DNA of 64,000 nucleotides from an uncultured archaeon (GTDB lineage: Archaea; Asgardarchaeota; Thorarchaeia; Thorarchaeales; Thorarchaeaceae), in NCBI GenBank assembly GCA_964610875.1, contig CAZSWP010000001.1, positions 64,001 through 128,000 of the forward strand. Reading direction: 5' to 3'. Numbering within the stretch: the first letter of the stretch is position 1; every line of letters starts with the position of its first letter. The position numbers and the translations under genes are program-made. The notes below the pieces were generated by a model. It did no database searches, was not told the DNA's origin, and was given only the letters and a program-made list of their open reading frames with translations. Positions 20,493-29,956 of the stretch are shown piece after piece.

Positions 20493-21341
20493 TCATTCAT
20501 CTAGGTCCATATCCCATGCCCCTGGGTCCTCAAGATCTCTACTTAAGATAGGACCTTTGCGTCTAGTCAAACCCGAAATATCAACTCTCTCACTATCTAT
20601 AATCAATTCTTCTGTTTCTCTATCCAAGAAAGCGGGAATCTCTCCCCGTTCTATACCTCTTTCAACAAGGTCTCGAGTGCGATTAAGATCCATACCTGTA
20701 CTCTCTGCAATACTACTGATAGTCACTACAGTTTCCGATTCCAATAGGGACCGAACAAACCCAGTAAAGGCAAGGCTGAAAATCTCCTTTTTTTTCCGCA
20801 TTTCAATTTTGTCAACCACTCTCGATAACGCTGCATCAATATACATGTCTGCGTCACCATATTGGAATTCGGCCAACATCAATGCAAGATTGACTAATTC
20901 TTTCATTCTGCCTTGAGTAGTTTCGGCAGCTGCATGTATCAAATGGCGTGCAATATCTGTGTCACCACCGAGGATTGCACAAAAAGCACCTTCTATGAAG
21001 AGGTCAGGATTTTTTTCTTCTTCAGCACCATAAATATACGCTTCAGCAGCGATTTGAAAATCAATTTCAAACTTCTCATGCTCTCCTTGTTTTAGCCATA
21101 CTCTACCAGCCCTTTTCATTAAATCTGCAGCTAGACAGAACTGGTGTGAGAGCATTGCATGCTCATATGCTCTTTCAAATGATTTGGCAGCATTGGGGAA
21201 CGATTCCCAGCGCTCCCAGCACTCACCTGCAAAGGTGAATAATTCTGTTGCATCTTCATTTTTTCCCTTTTTTGCACGTTCCTCTGCAACTTCCATGAAG
21301 CTTTGACATTTGGACCGCGACATATTACAGGGCACTCTCAT
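20493..21341 (-). CDS. SNAP/TPR-like helical repeats + C-terminal PCI-like winged helix
   Basis: A.ELF..AGECW...NAAKSFERA repeats; VTISSIAESTGM...LVERGIERGEIPAFLDRETEEL resembles a PCI winged helix. Confidence 0.6.
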   Translation of the reverse strand: MRVPCNMSRSKCQSFMEVAEERAKKGKNEDATELFTFAGECWERWESFPNAAKSFERAYEHAMLSHQFCLAADLMKRAGRVWLKQGEHEKFEIDFQIAAEAYIYGAEEEKNPDLFIEGAFCAILGGDTDIARHLIHAAAETTQGRMKELVNLALMLAEFQYGDADMYIDAALSRVVDKIEMRKKKEIFSLAFTGFVRSLLESETVVTISSIAESTGMDLNRTRDLVERGIERGEIPAFLDRETEELIIDSERVDISGLTRRKGPILSRDLEDPGAWDMDLDE

Positions 21342-21395
21342 CGAATAGAAATTATTACACCATCTAAAACTTTGTCTAAGATGAAATAGAAAGAC

Positions 21396-21415
21396 GAGCC
21401 GGATGGTTCCGGCTC
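21396..21415 (-). terminator. Hairpin downstream of the ABC ATPase gene
   Basis: GAGCCGGA-TGGT-TCCGGCTC next to an A7 run (U7 on the minus strand). Confidence 0.55.
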
Positions 21416-21428
21416 AAAAAAATCGTTA

Positions 21429-22115
21429 TTACTTGTCAGAAGTGATTGCGCCATCGTGCATTCTGAGAACACGTTTTGCGTACTTTGTCAACGATTCGTT
21501 GTGTGTAACTAGAACAACAGTCATCTTTCTCTCCTTATTCAACTGGGCGATTATTTTCATAATACCATCTCCAGTCTTGGAGTCCAGATTTCCAGTTGGC
21601 TCATCACAAAACAGAATTGGTGGGCTGTTCACCAATGCTCTAGCAATTGCCGTTCTTTGTTGTTCTCCGCCACTCAACTGCATAGGTCGGTGATCTTTGC
21701 GTTCAAGCATGTCTACCTCTCGAAGAACTTTGAGTGCCATAGCTTCTTGCTTTTCTTTCTTGAGTTCTTCATTAGGCCATAAGACGGCTTCAACATTCTC
21801 TACTACAGTTAGATCATCAATAAGCAGGAATGATTGGAAAACAAAACCAATTTTCTCTGCTCTTACCTTGGGTAGGTCTCTCTCACTTATGAGAGTCACA
21901 TCTACCCCATCCAAGAGAATTCGACCATTCGTGGGTTGTTCTAAACCCGCCATGACATGAAGTAATGTCGATTTTCCGCATCCAGACGGTCCCAATACAG
22001 CGGTAAATTCTCCTGGCATTATCTCAAGATTAATGTTCTTTAGCGCGGCAACAGTATTCCTTCCACGACCGTATTCCTTATTGACACCTTCCACTCTAAT
22101 GATTGGGTTTGTCAT
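21429..22115 (-). CDS. ABC transporter ATP-binding protein (LolD type)
   Basis: GPSGCGKS, LSGGEQQR, DEPTGNLD, VTHN. Confidence 0.92.
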   Translation of the reverse strand: MTNPIIRVEGVNKEYGRGRNTVAALKNINLEIMPGEFTAVLGPSGCGKSTLLHVMAGLEQPTNGRILLDGVDVTLISERDLPKVRAEKIGFVFQSFLLIDDLTVVENVEAVLWPNEELKKEKQEAMALKVLREVDMLERKDHRPMQLSGGEQQRTAIARALVNSPPILFCDEPTGNLDSKTGDGIMKIIAQLNKERKMTVVLVTHNESLTKYAKRVLRMHDGAITSDK

Positions 22116-22119
22116 GATT

Positions 22120-22629
22120 TTATTCCTCCCTCAATGCTTGCATTGGTGGTATTCTCATCGCTCGCAGCTGTGCCAAGATAAGACCTGGTATCTGCAAAAT
22201 GACAATATAGAGAAGAGTTGTTGCCATCGAGGCTGCATCAATCACCAGTATGTCTATGAGGTCTTGGAAAAGAGCTGACTGAAAATAAGCTGCAAGTCCA
22301 ATAATCTCTACACTTACTTGAAATACAATCAGAAAAGCAGAGAATGCAACTAACACAACCTCTCCAATAAGAAGCAGTAGTATCTCCGAGTTGCTCCAAG
22401 ATACGCACTTGAGTATTGCAATATCCCTTCTTCTAAACTGAGATATCAGAATGGCGTATATAGTCGCTACAACAAATGCCATCAAGAGTGCAGGTATTTC
22501 AAAACCTGGAATTGTAACCTCCTTTGCTACAACAATGTAAAGAATCGCATATATTATCATAAATGCGAAAACTCTCTTTCTGGCACGAAATGCGAATTTT
22601 ATGCTCTTGAATAGAATCCTTAGATTCAA
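22120..22629 (-). CDS. Minimal FtsX-like permease
   Basis: RRRDIAILKCVSWS, IPPMQALREE; about 4 TM segments. Confidence 0.8.
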   Translation of the reverse strand: MNLRILFKSIKFAFRARKRVFAFMIIYAILYIVVAKEVTIPGFEIPALLMAFVVATIYAILISQFRRRDIAILKCVSWSNSEILLLLIGEVVLVAFSAFLIVFQVSVEIIGLAAYFQSALFQDLIDILVIDAASMATTLLYIVILQIPGLILAQLRAMRIPPMQALREE

Positions 22630-22707
22630 TGAATAAGTCCTCCAATATGCGTGCTTAGAGAAATGTGAACTAACTATGCTTAATCTGTGTTTCGGATGAA
22701 TATTATA

Positions 22708-22914
22708 TTAGTCAACCGCTTCCGTTTTTGCACGGATTTGACCGGGCATTCCTTCTTTTGGCCATAACTCCTTCATTAACAGGTCACGGATTGCCACTCT
22801 GATTGCTTCACTTCTTGAAGGATACATTCCTAATTCCACAAGTCTGTCAAGGCCATCTACGTAAATATCGCTCATTTTCACTGTAATAAGATCCAATGCG
22901 TGTCCTCCCGGCAT
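22708..22914 (-). CDS. Ribbon-helix-helix (CopG/NikR-like) protein
   Basis: ITVKMSD...LDRLVELGMYPSRSEAIRVAIRDLL. Confidence 0.9.
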   Translation of the reverse strand: MPGGHALDLITVKMSDIYVDGLDRLVELGMYPSRSEAIRVAIRDLLMKELWPKEGMPGQIRAKTEAVD

Positions 22915-23176
22915 GCAAGATTTTCCCTATTTATGATATAATCCCTTCGTGTGTTAGTAATTCCAAGAAAAATACCGCGCCATCTGTGCCGAAAAAGGCT
23001 AAATAATGTAGTTAACTGCCACCGAGATAGTGAAAGACCAGAAACGAATATACCTGAGGAAACATGTACGTGTGAACCGAGAGTATCTATGATGTTGATA
23101 CTTTTGCTTCCCTATCGTTTCTTTGGACAACGTATTCGCATAACAAGGAAAAGAAATCATTTCGGAGGAATTCGTA

Positions 23177-23719
23177 ATTTCAGAATCGTTTGACTATATG
23201 CGAAAGGTCTGCATGATTGGTGCAGGTGGAAGTGGAAAAACCGCGATTGTGAATAGATTCCTTACACAGAAGTTCTCAGAACAATATATTGTTACAATTG
23301 GAAGTCAGTTTGCTGTGAAGACAGTCACTGTGAATACTAAAGATGGTAGCCCTGTAATTGTAAAACTCCTTGTCTGGGATCTGGCTGGACAACAAAGATT
23401 TGATTTTATAAGATCAAGTTACTATAAAGGGTCGAAAGGAGCTCTTCTTGTTTTTGATGTGACCCGGAAAAGCACCTGGAAAGAACTTCCTCGATGGATT
23501 GAAGAAACAGAAAATGCTCTGGGACACAGAATCCCAATTGTACTCCTTGCTAACAAAATCGATCTTGAGGAAGAACGGGTAATTACTCTAGAAATGGCAC
23601 AAGAATTTGTCAAGGAACACGGATTGAGTGGGTTACTCGAAACAAGTGCTCTAACAGGACAGAATATTGAAGAAGCATTCAGGATTTTGGCGCAAACAAC
23701 AATTGAAGAATTAGGTTAA
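23177..23719 (+). CDS. Rab-like small GTPase (probable ATT start at 23177; first ATG at 23198)
   Basis: GAGGSGKT, TIG, WDLAGQQRF, SSYYKG, NKID, ETSAL; in-frame upstream SESFDY matches the Rab N-terminal consensus. Confidence 0.9.
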   Translation: MSESFDYMRKVCMIGAGGSGKTAIVNRFLTQKFSEQYIVTIGSQFAVKTVTVNTKDGSPVIVKLLVWDLAGQQRFDFIRSSYYKGSKGALLVFDVTRKSTWKELPRWIEETENALGHRIPIVLLANKIDLEEERVITLEMAQEFVKEHGLSGLLETSALTGQNIEEAFRILAQTTIEELG

Positions 23720-23795
23720 AAACTCCCAAACCGAAAATGACTATAGTACCGATATTTCGATTTTCATAACAAGGTTACATTTTGGAGTCATCATT

Positions 23796-24926
23796 ATGTC
23801 AAAGAAAGATATGGATCTGAAGCTTCTAGAAGACCTCTGTAATGCATTTGGTCCTAGCGGCCATGAAGACGAGGTTCAAAAGATTGTCCATGATTACGGA
23901 AAGAAATTTGCCGATAAGGTATTATTCGATAGACTTGGCTCGGTAGTATTCCAAAAGGGGAACTCTGGTCCAAAGATCATGCTTGCCGGCCATGTTGATG
24001 AAATAGGGTTTGTAATTTCAGAAATCACCAAAGAAGGATATTTGAAATTCGCACAACTAGGAGGATGGTGGGATCAAACACTCTTGACTCAGGAGGTTGT
24101 TATTCGACCATTCAAAAACGGTGAGAAGGTAATTGGCGTCATCGGCGCACCACCTCCACATATACTGAAACCAGAGCAAAGAACAAAGGTGGTTTCTAAA
24201 GATGATATGTTCATTGATATTGGTGCATCTTCTAAGGAAGAAGTTGAAGAGATGGGTATTCGTGTAGGAGACCCCGTCGTTCCCTTAGCCACATTTAGAA
24301 CTATGAAGAGAAAGAAGACTGAGAAAAAGGACGATAAAAAAGAAACTAGGGAAGTTCTTCTTGGAGTAGCAAAGGCATTTGACGATAGAATTGGAGTGTT
24401 CATAGCCCTTGAAGTTCTAAGAAGGCTCAAAGAAGAAAATATTACACATGAAAATATAGTATATGCAGTTTCTACGGTTCAAGAAGAAGTCGGTCTTAGA
24501 GGAGCACGTACTGCATCACAAATGTTGATGCCTGATATTGGGTTTGCACTTGATGTAGACATCTCCGGAGATTCTCCTGGAGCTAAGGGGCTCGTTCAAA
24601 AAATGAGCAATGGGGTTGCCATATCAGCTGGAGATGGTTCAATGATACCCAATCCCAAACTTAGAAAATTCGTCTTAGAACTTGCTGAAGAATTGGATAT
24701 CCGACATCAAGCAGCGTTCTTGAAGTCTGGCGGTACTGATGCTGGTGCAATTCATCTAGCAGGAATGGGCGCTCCATCACTCTTTCTAGGTATACCAACG
24801 AGATATATCCATTCCCACCATGGTATCTTGGACCTTGGTGATGTCGAGAGTGCAATTCAACTCCTTATAGAAGTCATTAAGAAACTTGATGCTAAGACGG
24901 TAGAGGGTTTCACTAAAATCGGATAA
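23796..24926 (+). CDS. M42-family (TET) aminopeptidase
   Basis: GPSGHE, AGHVDEIG, KAFDDR, QEEVGLRGA, GGTDAG, RYIHSH. Confidence 0.93.
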   Translation: MSKKDMDLKLLEDLCNAFGPSGHEDEVQKIVHDYGKKFADKVLFDRLGSVVFQKGNSGPKIMLAGHVDEIGFVISEITKEGYLKFAQLGGWWDQTLLTQEVVIRPFKNGEKVIGVIGAPPPHILKPEQRTKVVSKDDMFIDIGASSKEEVEEMGIRVGDPVVPLATFRTMKRKKTEKKDDKKETREVLLGVAKAFDDRIGVFIALEVLRRLKEENITHENIVYAVSTVQEEVGLRGARTASQMLMPDIGFALDVDISGDSPGAKGLVQKMSNGVAISAGDGSMIPNPKLRKFVLELAEELDIRHQAAFLKSGGTDAGAIHLAGMGAPSLFLGIPTRYIHSHHGILDLGDVESAIQLLIEVIKKLDAKTVEGFTKIG

Positions 24927-24938
24927 AGAAAGAGTAGA

Positions 24939-24969
24939 AAAGTCAGTGCAGAAGATTCTGACTGACTTT
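24939..24969. terminator. Bidirectional hairpin between convergent genes
   Basis: AAAGTCAGT...ACTGACTTT with inner CAGAA/TTCTG; A-rich and T-rich flanks. Confidence 0.6.
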
Positions 24970-24978
24970 CTTTCTGTT

Positions 24979-26067
24979 TTAACGTTCTCGTTTTCCTTCA
25001 ATGAACTCATCGACGCGTTTTCTTGCTTCAAAGTCATCGATTTGATATCTTGGATGCTTGAATGAGTAAGAACTGATACTTGAGAGTTCTCCACCAATAC
25101 CTCTATCCAATGCTAGTTTAACGGCACGGATAACATCGATTATTACTCCAGCACTGTTTGGTGAGTCCTGTACTGAAAGTTTTAGATCTAGGTCAAGAGG
25201 TAGGTCACCAAAAGCCTTCGACCTCATACTGATGTAACAAACTTTATTGTCCTCAAGGAAGGGAACATAGTCACTAGGCCCAATCTTTGTGGGTAGTTCA
25301 TATTCAACACAACTGGTAACAGCTTCAGTCTTGCTGACCCTCTTAGATTTTAGTCTGTCTTCCACCTGCATGTTTTCAAAGTCCGTATTTCCACCGATAT
25401 TGAGTTGGTATGTATTTTGAAGAATTAGCCCTCGTTTATCAAAGAGCTGTGCCAATACTCTATGGAGTATTGTTGCTCCTAACTGACTTTTGATATCATC
25501 ACCTGCTGCAGGAATATTCGCCTTCTCAAATTCTTGGGCAATTGGATTATTGGGGTCAGATACAATGAATTCAGGAAATGCATTGATGAACCCAACACCC
25601 GCCTCGAGTGCAGCTCTCGCATATAGTATTGCACCTTCTTCGCTACCAACTGGCAAATATGCCACAAGAACATCCGCTTTTACTTTCTTTAGTTCTTCTG
25701 CTACATCTACAGCATCCATTTCATTTTCATCATAACAGAAGAATGATTCTCTCATGTGAGGTGCAACACCATCAGAGATTGGTCCTGGAAGTACTTTCAC
25801 TCCAGTTTTTGGCAAATCTGGTGCAAATCTGACACAACAATTTGGTTCAACCCAAATGGCATCTGATATGTCCTTGCCAATCTTATTTTTGTTGACTTCA
25901 AAAGCTGCAACAAATTTCAGGTCCTTAGGGAAATATCCTCCAAAATCGACGTGCATAAGGCCTGGGACCTCATCAGTTTCCTTTGCATCCCTATAGTAGT
26001 GAACACCTTGAATTAAGGCTGAAGCGCAGTTACCTAATCCTGCAATAGCAACACGAATGTCGCCCAT
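24979..26067 (-). CDS. ino1: Inositol-3-phosphate synthase
   Basis: GLGNCASAL, YLPVGS, GDDIKSQLGAT, QLNIGGNTDF, DSPNSAG. Confidence 0.95.
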   Translation of the reverse strand: MGDIRVAIAGLGNCASALIQGVHYYRDAKETDEVPGLMHVDFGGYFPKDLKFVAAFEVNKNKIGKDISDAIWVEPNCCVRFAPDLPKTGVKVLPGPISDGVAPHMRESFFCYDENEMDAVDVAEELKKVKADVLVAYLPVGSEEGAILYARAALEAGVGFINAFPEFIVSDPNNPIAQEFEKANIPAAGDDIKSQLGATILHRVLAQLFDKRGLILQNTYQLNIGGNTDFENMQVEDRLKSKRVSKTEAVTSCVEYELPTKIGPSDYVPFLEDNKVCYISMRSKAFGDLPLDLDLKLSVQDSPNSAGVIIDVIRAVKLALDRGIGGELSSISSYSFKHPRYQIDDFEARKRVDEFIEGKRER

Positions 26068-26135
26068 TATATCATCTCCTGGTATTATATGGTCATAAAA
26101 TAGTTGGGCTCTTTTAAAACTATCGAGATGACCCT

Positions 26136-26957
26136 TTAAGACTCTTCCTCATTCTCTTCGGTTTCATCAACAATATACTTCGAGTATATCATCTTTTTTG
26201 CGGTAGCAGTGATTTTTGGTCCTATACCTGAAATCTCTTGCCAATCATCCAATCTTGAAATGACTTCCATTGGAGATTGATACTTTTCTAAAAGACTCTT
26301 CGCTCTAATGACATTGATTCCTGGAATTCCTGCAATGAAAAACTCTTGCTCATCATTCATGGTTTCTAGACCTTTCCTGGTTCTTATGATTGGTAATTTC
26401 TGACCAGATGATTTCTTCTCATAATTATCATCGTCCATTAAAATGCCATAAAGAAGCCCTGCAGAATGAAGTGCATTGAATCCCTCAACGACCTCTATCC
26501 CTTTCTCCCTGATGCTCTCTATGAGTGCATCCAGAGCATTTGGGTGGATGAAGCTTGCACGCTCCATTGTCACAAAGAAAGGCTTTCCTTTTGTTCGTTT
26601 TGATTTGAATGGGATATAGACGCATTTCTTCAAAGGATCCCTGCGAATTGCGAGTATATTTTCAATGAGCAAGTATGGCTTTTCATATTCCAACAAGGCA
26701 TCCATCTGCTTGGTCAATCTTGGTACGCCTGAAGCACTACCTTTCAGAGTATTTACTAGATCGTTGACTGTCTTTCTCTCAACAGCAATTCCATTCAATC
26801 CAAGTACGTCGCCTATTGGTATTTTCTGAATACTGTACCGAATATTCTCTTTATCCAGCATTGAAATCAAATGCTTTACAGCATTCTGCCCTCTCCCTTT
26901 TATTTCATGAACATCAATAACTATCTCAGGGACATTGCCAAACAAATCCATCTGCAT
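26136..26957 (-). CDS. xpf: Short XPF/ERCC4 endonuclease with HhH2 domain
   Basis: DVHE, GDV, VERKTVND nuclease motif; IPGI and ISGIG HhH motifs; no helicase domain. Confidence 0.82.
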   Translation of the reverse strand: MQMDLFGNVPEIVIDVHEIKGRGQNAVKHLISMLDKENIRYSIQKIPIGDVLGLNGIAVERKTVNDLVNTLKGSASGVPRLTKQMDALLEYEKPYLLIENILAIRRDPLKKCVYIPFKSKRTKGKPFFVTMERASFIHPNALDALIESIREKGIEVVEGFNALHSAGLLYGILMDDDNYEKKSSGQKLPIIRTRKGLETMNDEQEFFIAGIPGINVIRAKSLLEKYQSPMEVISRLDDWQEISGIGPKITATAKKMIYSKYIVDETEENEEES

Positions 26958-26959
26958 AA

Positions 26960-27598
26960 TTAGTCCTCTTCAAATAGAGTAAGTACAGCCGCCATTGAAA
27001 CTTCTCGTGCTAAATTTTGATTAATTGCAGAACCAATAACAATTACATCTCCGTTCTCCGCCCTTAGTGACTCGGTGATTAACATAGCCTCCTCTTCATA
27101 TTCTAATAGAATATTGTAGTCATCTGGGGGCATTACGAGAAGACCGCTTTTCTGAACTAGGGTGGTAGATCCAGAGATTCCATGACCTCCTTGGATTATT
27201 GCTTCATCTCTCTGTCTAATTCCATCAGTCACTTTCTCATCTCTTCCTTTTACAAGATTGGCATATGCAAAATCATAGACCACAAGGTCTCCTACATTCA
27301 GGGATAGTCCAAGAGGAACATCGTTTGTAATGTCTGTGTAAAGCTCCTTCCCCTCCCCAGTGAGAATCTGTCCCTGTTTTCCTTCAGCAATGATGTATCC
27401 CGCTTCGGAGAGCCTCTTCAATAACGTTCGAGCACTGCCCTCTCCAATGGTCATTCTATCACACAGTTCATAGCGTCCTATGGGTTCTTCTCTACCAATC
27501 ATTACAAGTGCGACAGCAGCATGATGTGGCTTAAAAACTGGGGACACTCTTCCATTTGCAGCTTGAGAAAGACGGATGAATTCATCCTTCCATGTCAT
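26960..27598 (-). CDS. Winged-helix protein, DUF4443-like
   Basis: PIGRYEL...GEGSARTLLKRL; GIRQRDEAI. Confidence 0.7.
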   Translation of the reverse strand: MTWKDEFIRLSQAANGRVSPVFKPHHAAVALVMIGREEPIGRYELCDRMTIGEGSARTLLKRLSEAGYIIAEGKQGQILTGEGKELYTDITNDVPLGLSLNVGDLVVYDFAYANLVKGRDEKVTDGIRQRDEAIIQGGHGISGSTTLVQKSGLLVMPPDDYNILLEYEEEAMLITESLRAENGDVIVIGSAINQNLAREVSMAAVLTLFEED

Positions 27599-27639
27599 TA
27601 TCAGAATATCTCCATATTTCGTATTAGGAACCTGCTTTT

Positions 27640-28227
27640 TTATTCTTCTCCAAGTTCAATGATCGATGGTTGCCAAATCATATGTCCTAAATCTTGGTGG
27701 ATAATTCGTTGGAGGTCAGGCACAACCAATGCAAATAGGACTGCGTTGGAAAAGGTATGAACTATTAGAAACAAACTTCCTGTCACGAGAACAAACCAAT
27801 ATGGATTGCCCGTCACCCAGGCAACACCAAGATTTGTTACTAGATCGTAGAATAGAGTGACCAAGAATCCGATGAAAGCAAGCATTCCACGATAATGGGG
27901 ATCTTTGAATTCTTTGTATCCGCTTCGTCTGATAGTTCCTCCTGCCAAGACGACAAAGAGCCATCCTATGACCTGAGTAATCCAAATTTGGGGGATGAAT
28001 GGACCCCATGGATTGAAAAGGCCAAAAATGAGGGACATGATGATGGTGACCCAAAAACCCATGTGGATGCCAAAAGTGAACGCAGTAACAAATAGGACTG
28101 TTGTTCCAAATTCTACATTTGGTATGGCAATTAGTACATAGTTGCCTACTAATGCCAAAGCAGTCATGACGGAAGTAATTGAAACTCGTCTACTTTTTGA
28201 CATTTCTCCTCTTCCATCAGTCACCAT
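27640..28227 (-). CDS. ECF transporter S component (CbrT-like)
   Basis: AIPNVE, about 6 TM segments, FYDLVTN, HTFSNAVLF. Confidence 0.75.
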   Translation of the reverse strand: MVTDGRGEMSKSRRVSITSVMTALALVGNYVLIAIPNVEFGTTVLFVTAFTFGIHMGFWVTIIMSLIFGLFNPWGPFIPQIWITQVIGWLFVVLAGGTIRRSGYKEFKDPHYRGMLAFIGFLVTLFYDLVTNLGVAWVTGNPYWFVLVTGSLFLIVHTFSNAVLFALVVPDLQRIIHQDLGHMIWQPSIIELGEE

Positions 28228-28241
28228 CTCTTTTCTACCTC

Positions 28242-28973
28242 TTATCTACGATATGTGACTATCACTACACCTGCAACAGCTATGATTCCGATAATTGCGA
28301 TAACTTCCCAACCTATTGGGAATGGAGGTGTGATTGAATCTAGTTCAAGTTCTAATACATATGGCACACCAAATGAATAGGTGGTCCGGCACTTCACCAA
28401 TACTCCATTGGAAATATCGTAATAGAGTTCAGTAGTCTGAGGTTCTCCAAAACTTGTATCATCTTGTACATATGAGAATACTATAGTTTGATAAGCAACC
28501 CCATTTATTGTGCTATTCTCAAAGTATGACTCCATTGTTCCATTGAGATAATTACCTAGAACCCTCTCGGCAGAACTGAATGCTGTTTCATTCAGTGATT
28601 CGATATTTTCCTCTCCAACCTCGATAAAGAACCCTGGAAGGAATGGTGTTAAGCCCCAAATTCCAATCGTCAGATCCATAGCTAGAGTTGTATCATTTGC
28701 CACCCATGTCATATTGCCAAGAGTGATTTGACCTGTGATGTCTTCATCTATTGTTTGGATGGTGAATATGAGTTGTGATTCATCTTCGGCCAGCCATTTG
28801 TTCGTACCTGAAATATACAATGCAAATGCCTGTTCTGGTGCATCAATCACGTTCCATGTGATTTGTGTATTTGCTGTTAGATTTGTATCAAAGGTTGTCT
28901 GTGCATGTACTGAATTGACAGAAAGTAAAGTTGCTAGTACTAGAAATAGAAAAGCTTCACTTGTTCGTTTCAT
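28242..28973 (-). CDS. Exported protein with C-terminal membrane anchor
   Basis: Signal peptide (…SVHA/Q), C-terminal TM followed by RR. Confidence 0.75.
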   Translation of the reverse strand: MKRTSEAFLFLVLATLLSVNSVHAQTTFDTNLTANTQITWNVIDAPEQAFALYISGTNKWLAEDESQLIFTIQTIDEDITGQITLGNMTWVANDTTLAMDLTIGIWGLTPFLPGFFIEVGEENIESLNETAFSSAERVLGNYLNGTMESYFENSTINGVAYQTIVFSYVQDDTSFGEPQTTELYYDISNGVLVKCRTTYSFGVPYVLELELDSITPPFPIGWEVIAIIGIIAVAGVVIVTYRR

Positions 28974-29469
28974 GTTGCTTTTTCCTCCTATGTCCTAACC
29001 AATAGAGAACTGAAAGAATGACAATGCCCAATACACTTACACCTAATATGCCTAGGAAGAGTGTTTCATCCAGATTAGTTGTTGTAGGTGTTATTATAGA
29101 AGACGTCAGTTTCCACTCGATGGTTTCGTTTCCATCAAGCATAAACAAATTGGCGGCTAAAGTTGCATAATTGCCATCGACCCAATATTGCCAATAATAA
29201 CCTTCATTCGTATCTTCTTCAACACCATTTATAGAATAAACGTAAGCCAAGTTACCGAACCACCGGGCTTTGATTTCCACAACACTCTCAGTGGCATTAT
29301 ATACAGTTTCACCAATTGCATTATCAAAATCTTGAACTGTCCCATTTCTATATTCAATAACCACGCTGACTGAATCTACTTGTGAGGTGGAACTAACATT
29401 GGCCATAGTACTTGTAGCACTCAGTGATAAAATGACTATTAGTAATATTATCACGGAACCGGGTTTCAT
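28957..29469 (-). CDS. DUF4430 (transcobalamin C-terminal-like) surface protein
   Basis: AYVYSINGV...YWQYWVDGNYA...GNETIEW; signal peptide and C-terminal TM. Confidence 0.8.
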   Translation of the reverse strand: MKPGSVIILLIVILSLSATSTMANVSSTSQVDSVSVVIEYRNGTVQDFDNAIGETVYNATESVVEIKARWFGNLAYVYSINGVEEDTNEGYYWQYWVDGNYATLAANLFMLDGNETIEWKLTSSIITPTTTNLDETLFLGILGVSVLGIVILSVLYWLGHRRKKQHETNK

Positions 29470-29616
29470 TCTTCTCCCTCATAGGATAGGTTATCCTATG
29501 GCGAATGAAACCTCATAATAAGGATTCCTGTTCATGATTACCAAAATCTGTCAGGAAATATGCATCGACTGAACATGAGAACTCTGCAAGGGGACCTTAG
29601 ACCCTTAGGAGGGTCC

Positions 29617-29913
29617 TAAGAACGAACGCGGTTACGCTTTCTGCGCGGTTGGACGCAAGTCGTTATCGCAGCCTACAAGCAGTTGGTTAATGAGTATCAG
29701 TCCGGTCCTGAGGAATGGAAGAAGCAGTGTCAGTACGGACAGAGGAATCTTGTGGAGACCGTGTTCAGCATGCTGAAGCTACGGTTCACCGGGAGCCTGA
29801 GTTCGAGAAGAGCTAGACAACGTCGGAGAGAGATCTTGATCAAGGTGGTCCTGCACAACATCCATCGACTCAACCAACTGGAGTGTGCTGGGAGATAATT
29901 TATTTTACAGGGC
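29617..29913 (+). mobile_element. Truncated IS5-like DDE transposase remnant
   Basis: YGQRNLVETVFSMLK (Y-x2-R-x3-E-x6-K) C-terminal motif; no N-terminal catalytic region; locally higher GC; possible right end TTTTACAGGGC. Confidence 0.75.
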
Positions 29914-29956
29914 CCATATTTGCGGAAAAATTATTTACTAAAAATGTAATAATCAT

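Noticed and set aside
22951-23193. 80-aa ORF upstream of the Rab-like gene
   Set aside because: No motif or Shine-Dalgarno; lies in a divergent promoter region and overlaps the Rab SD
29470-29620. Cobalamin riboswitch
   Set aside because: No recognisable B12-box or GGGAA/GCCACUG core on the minus strand
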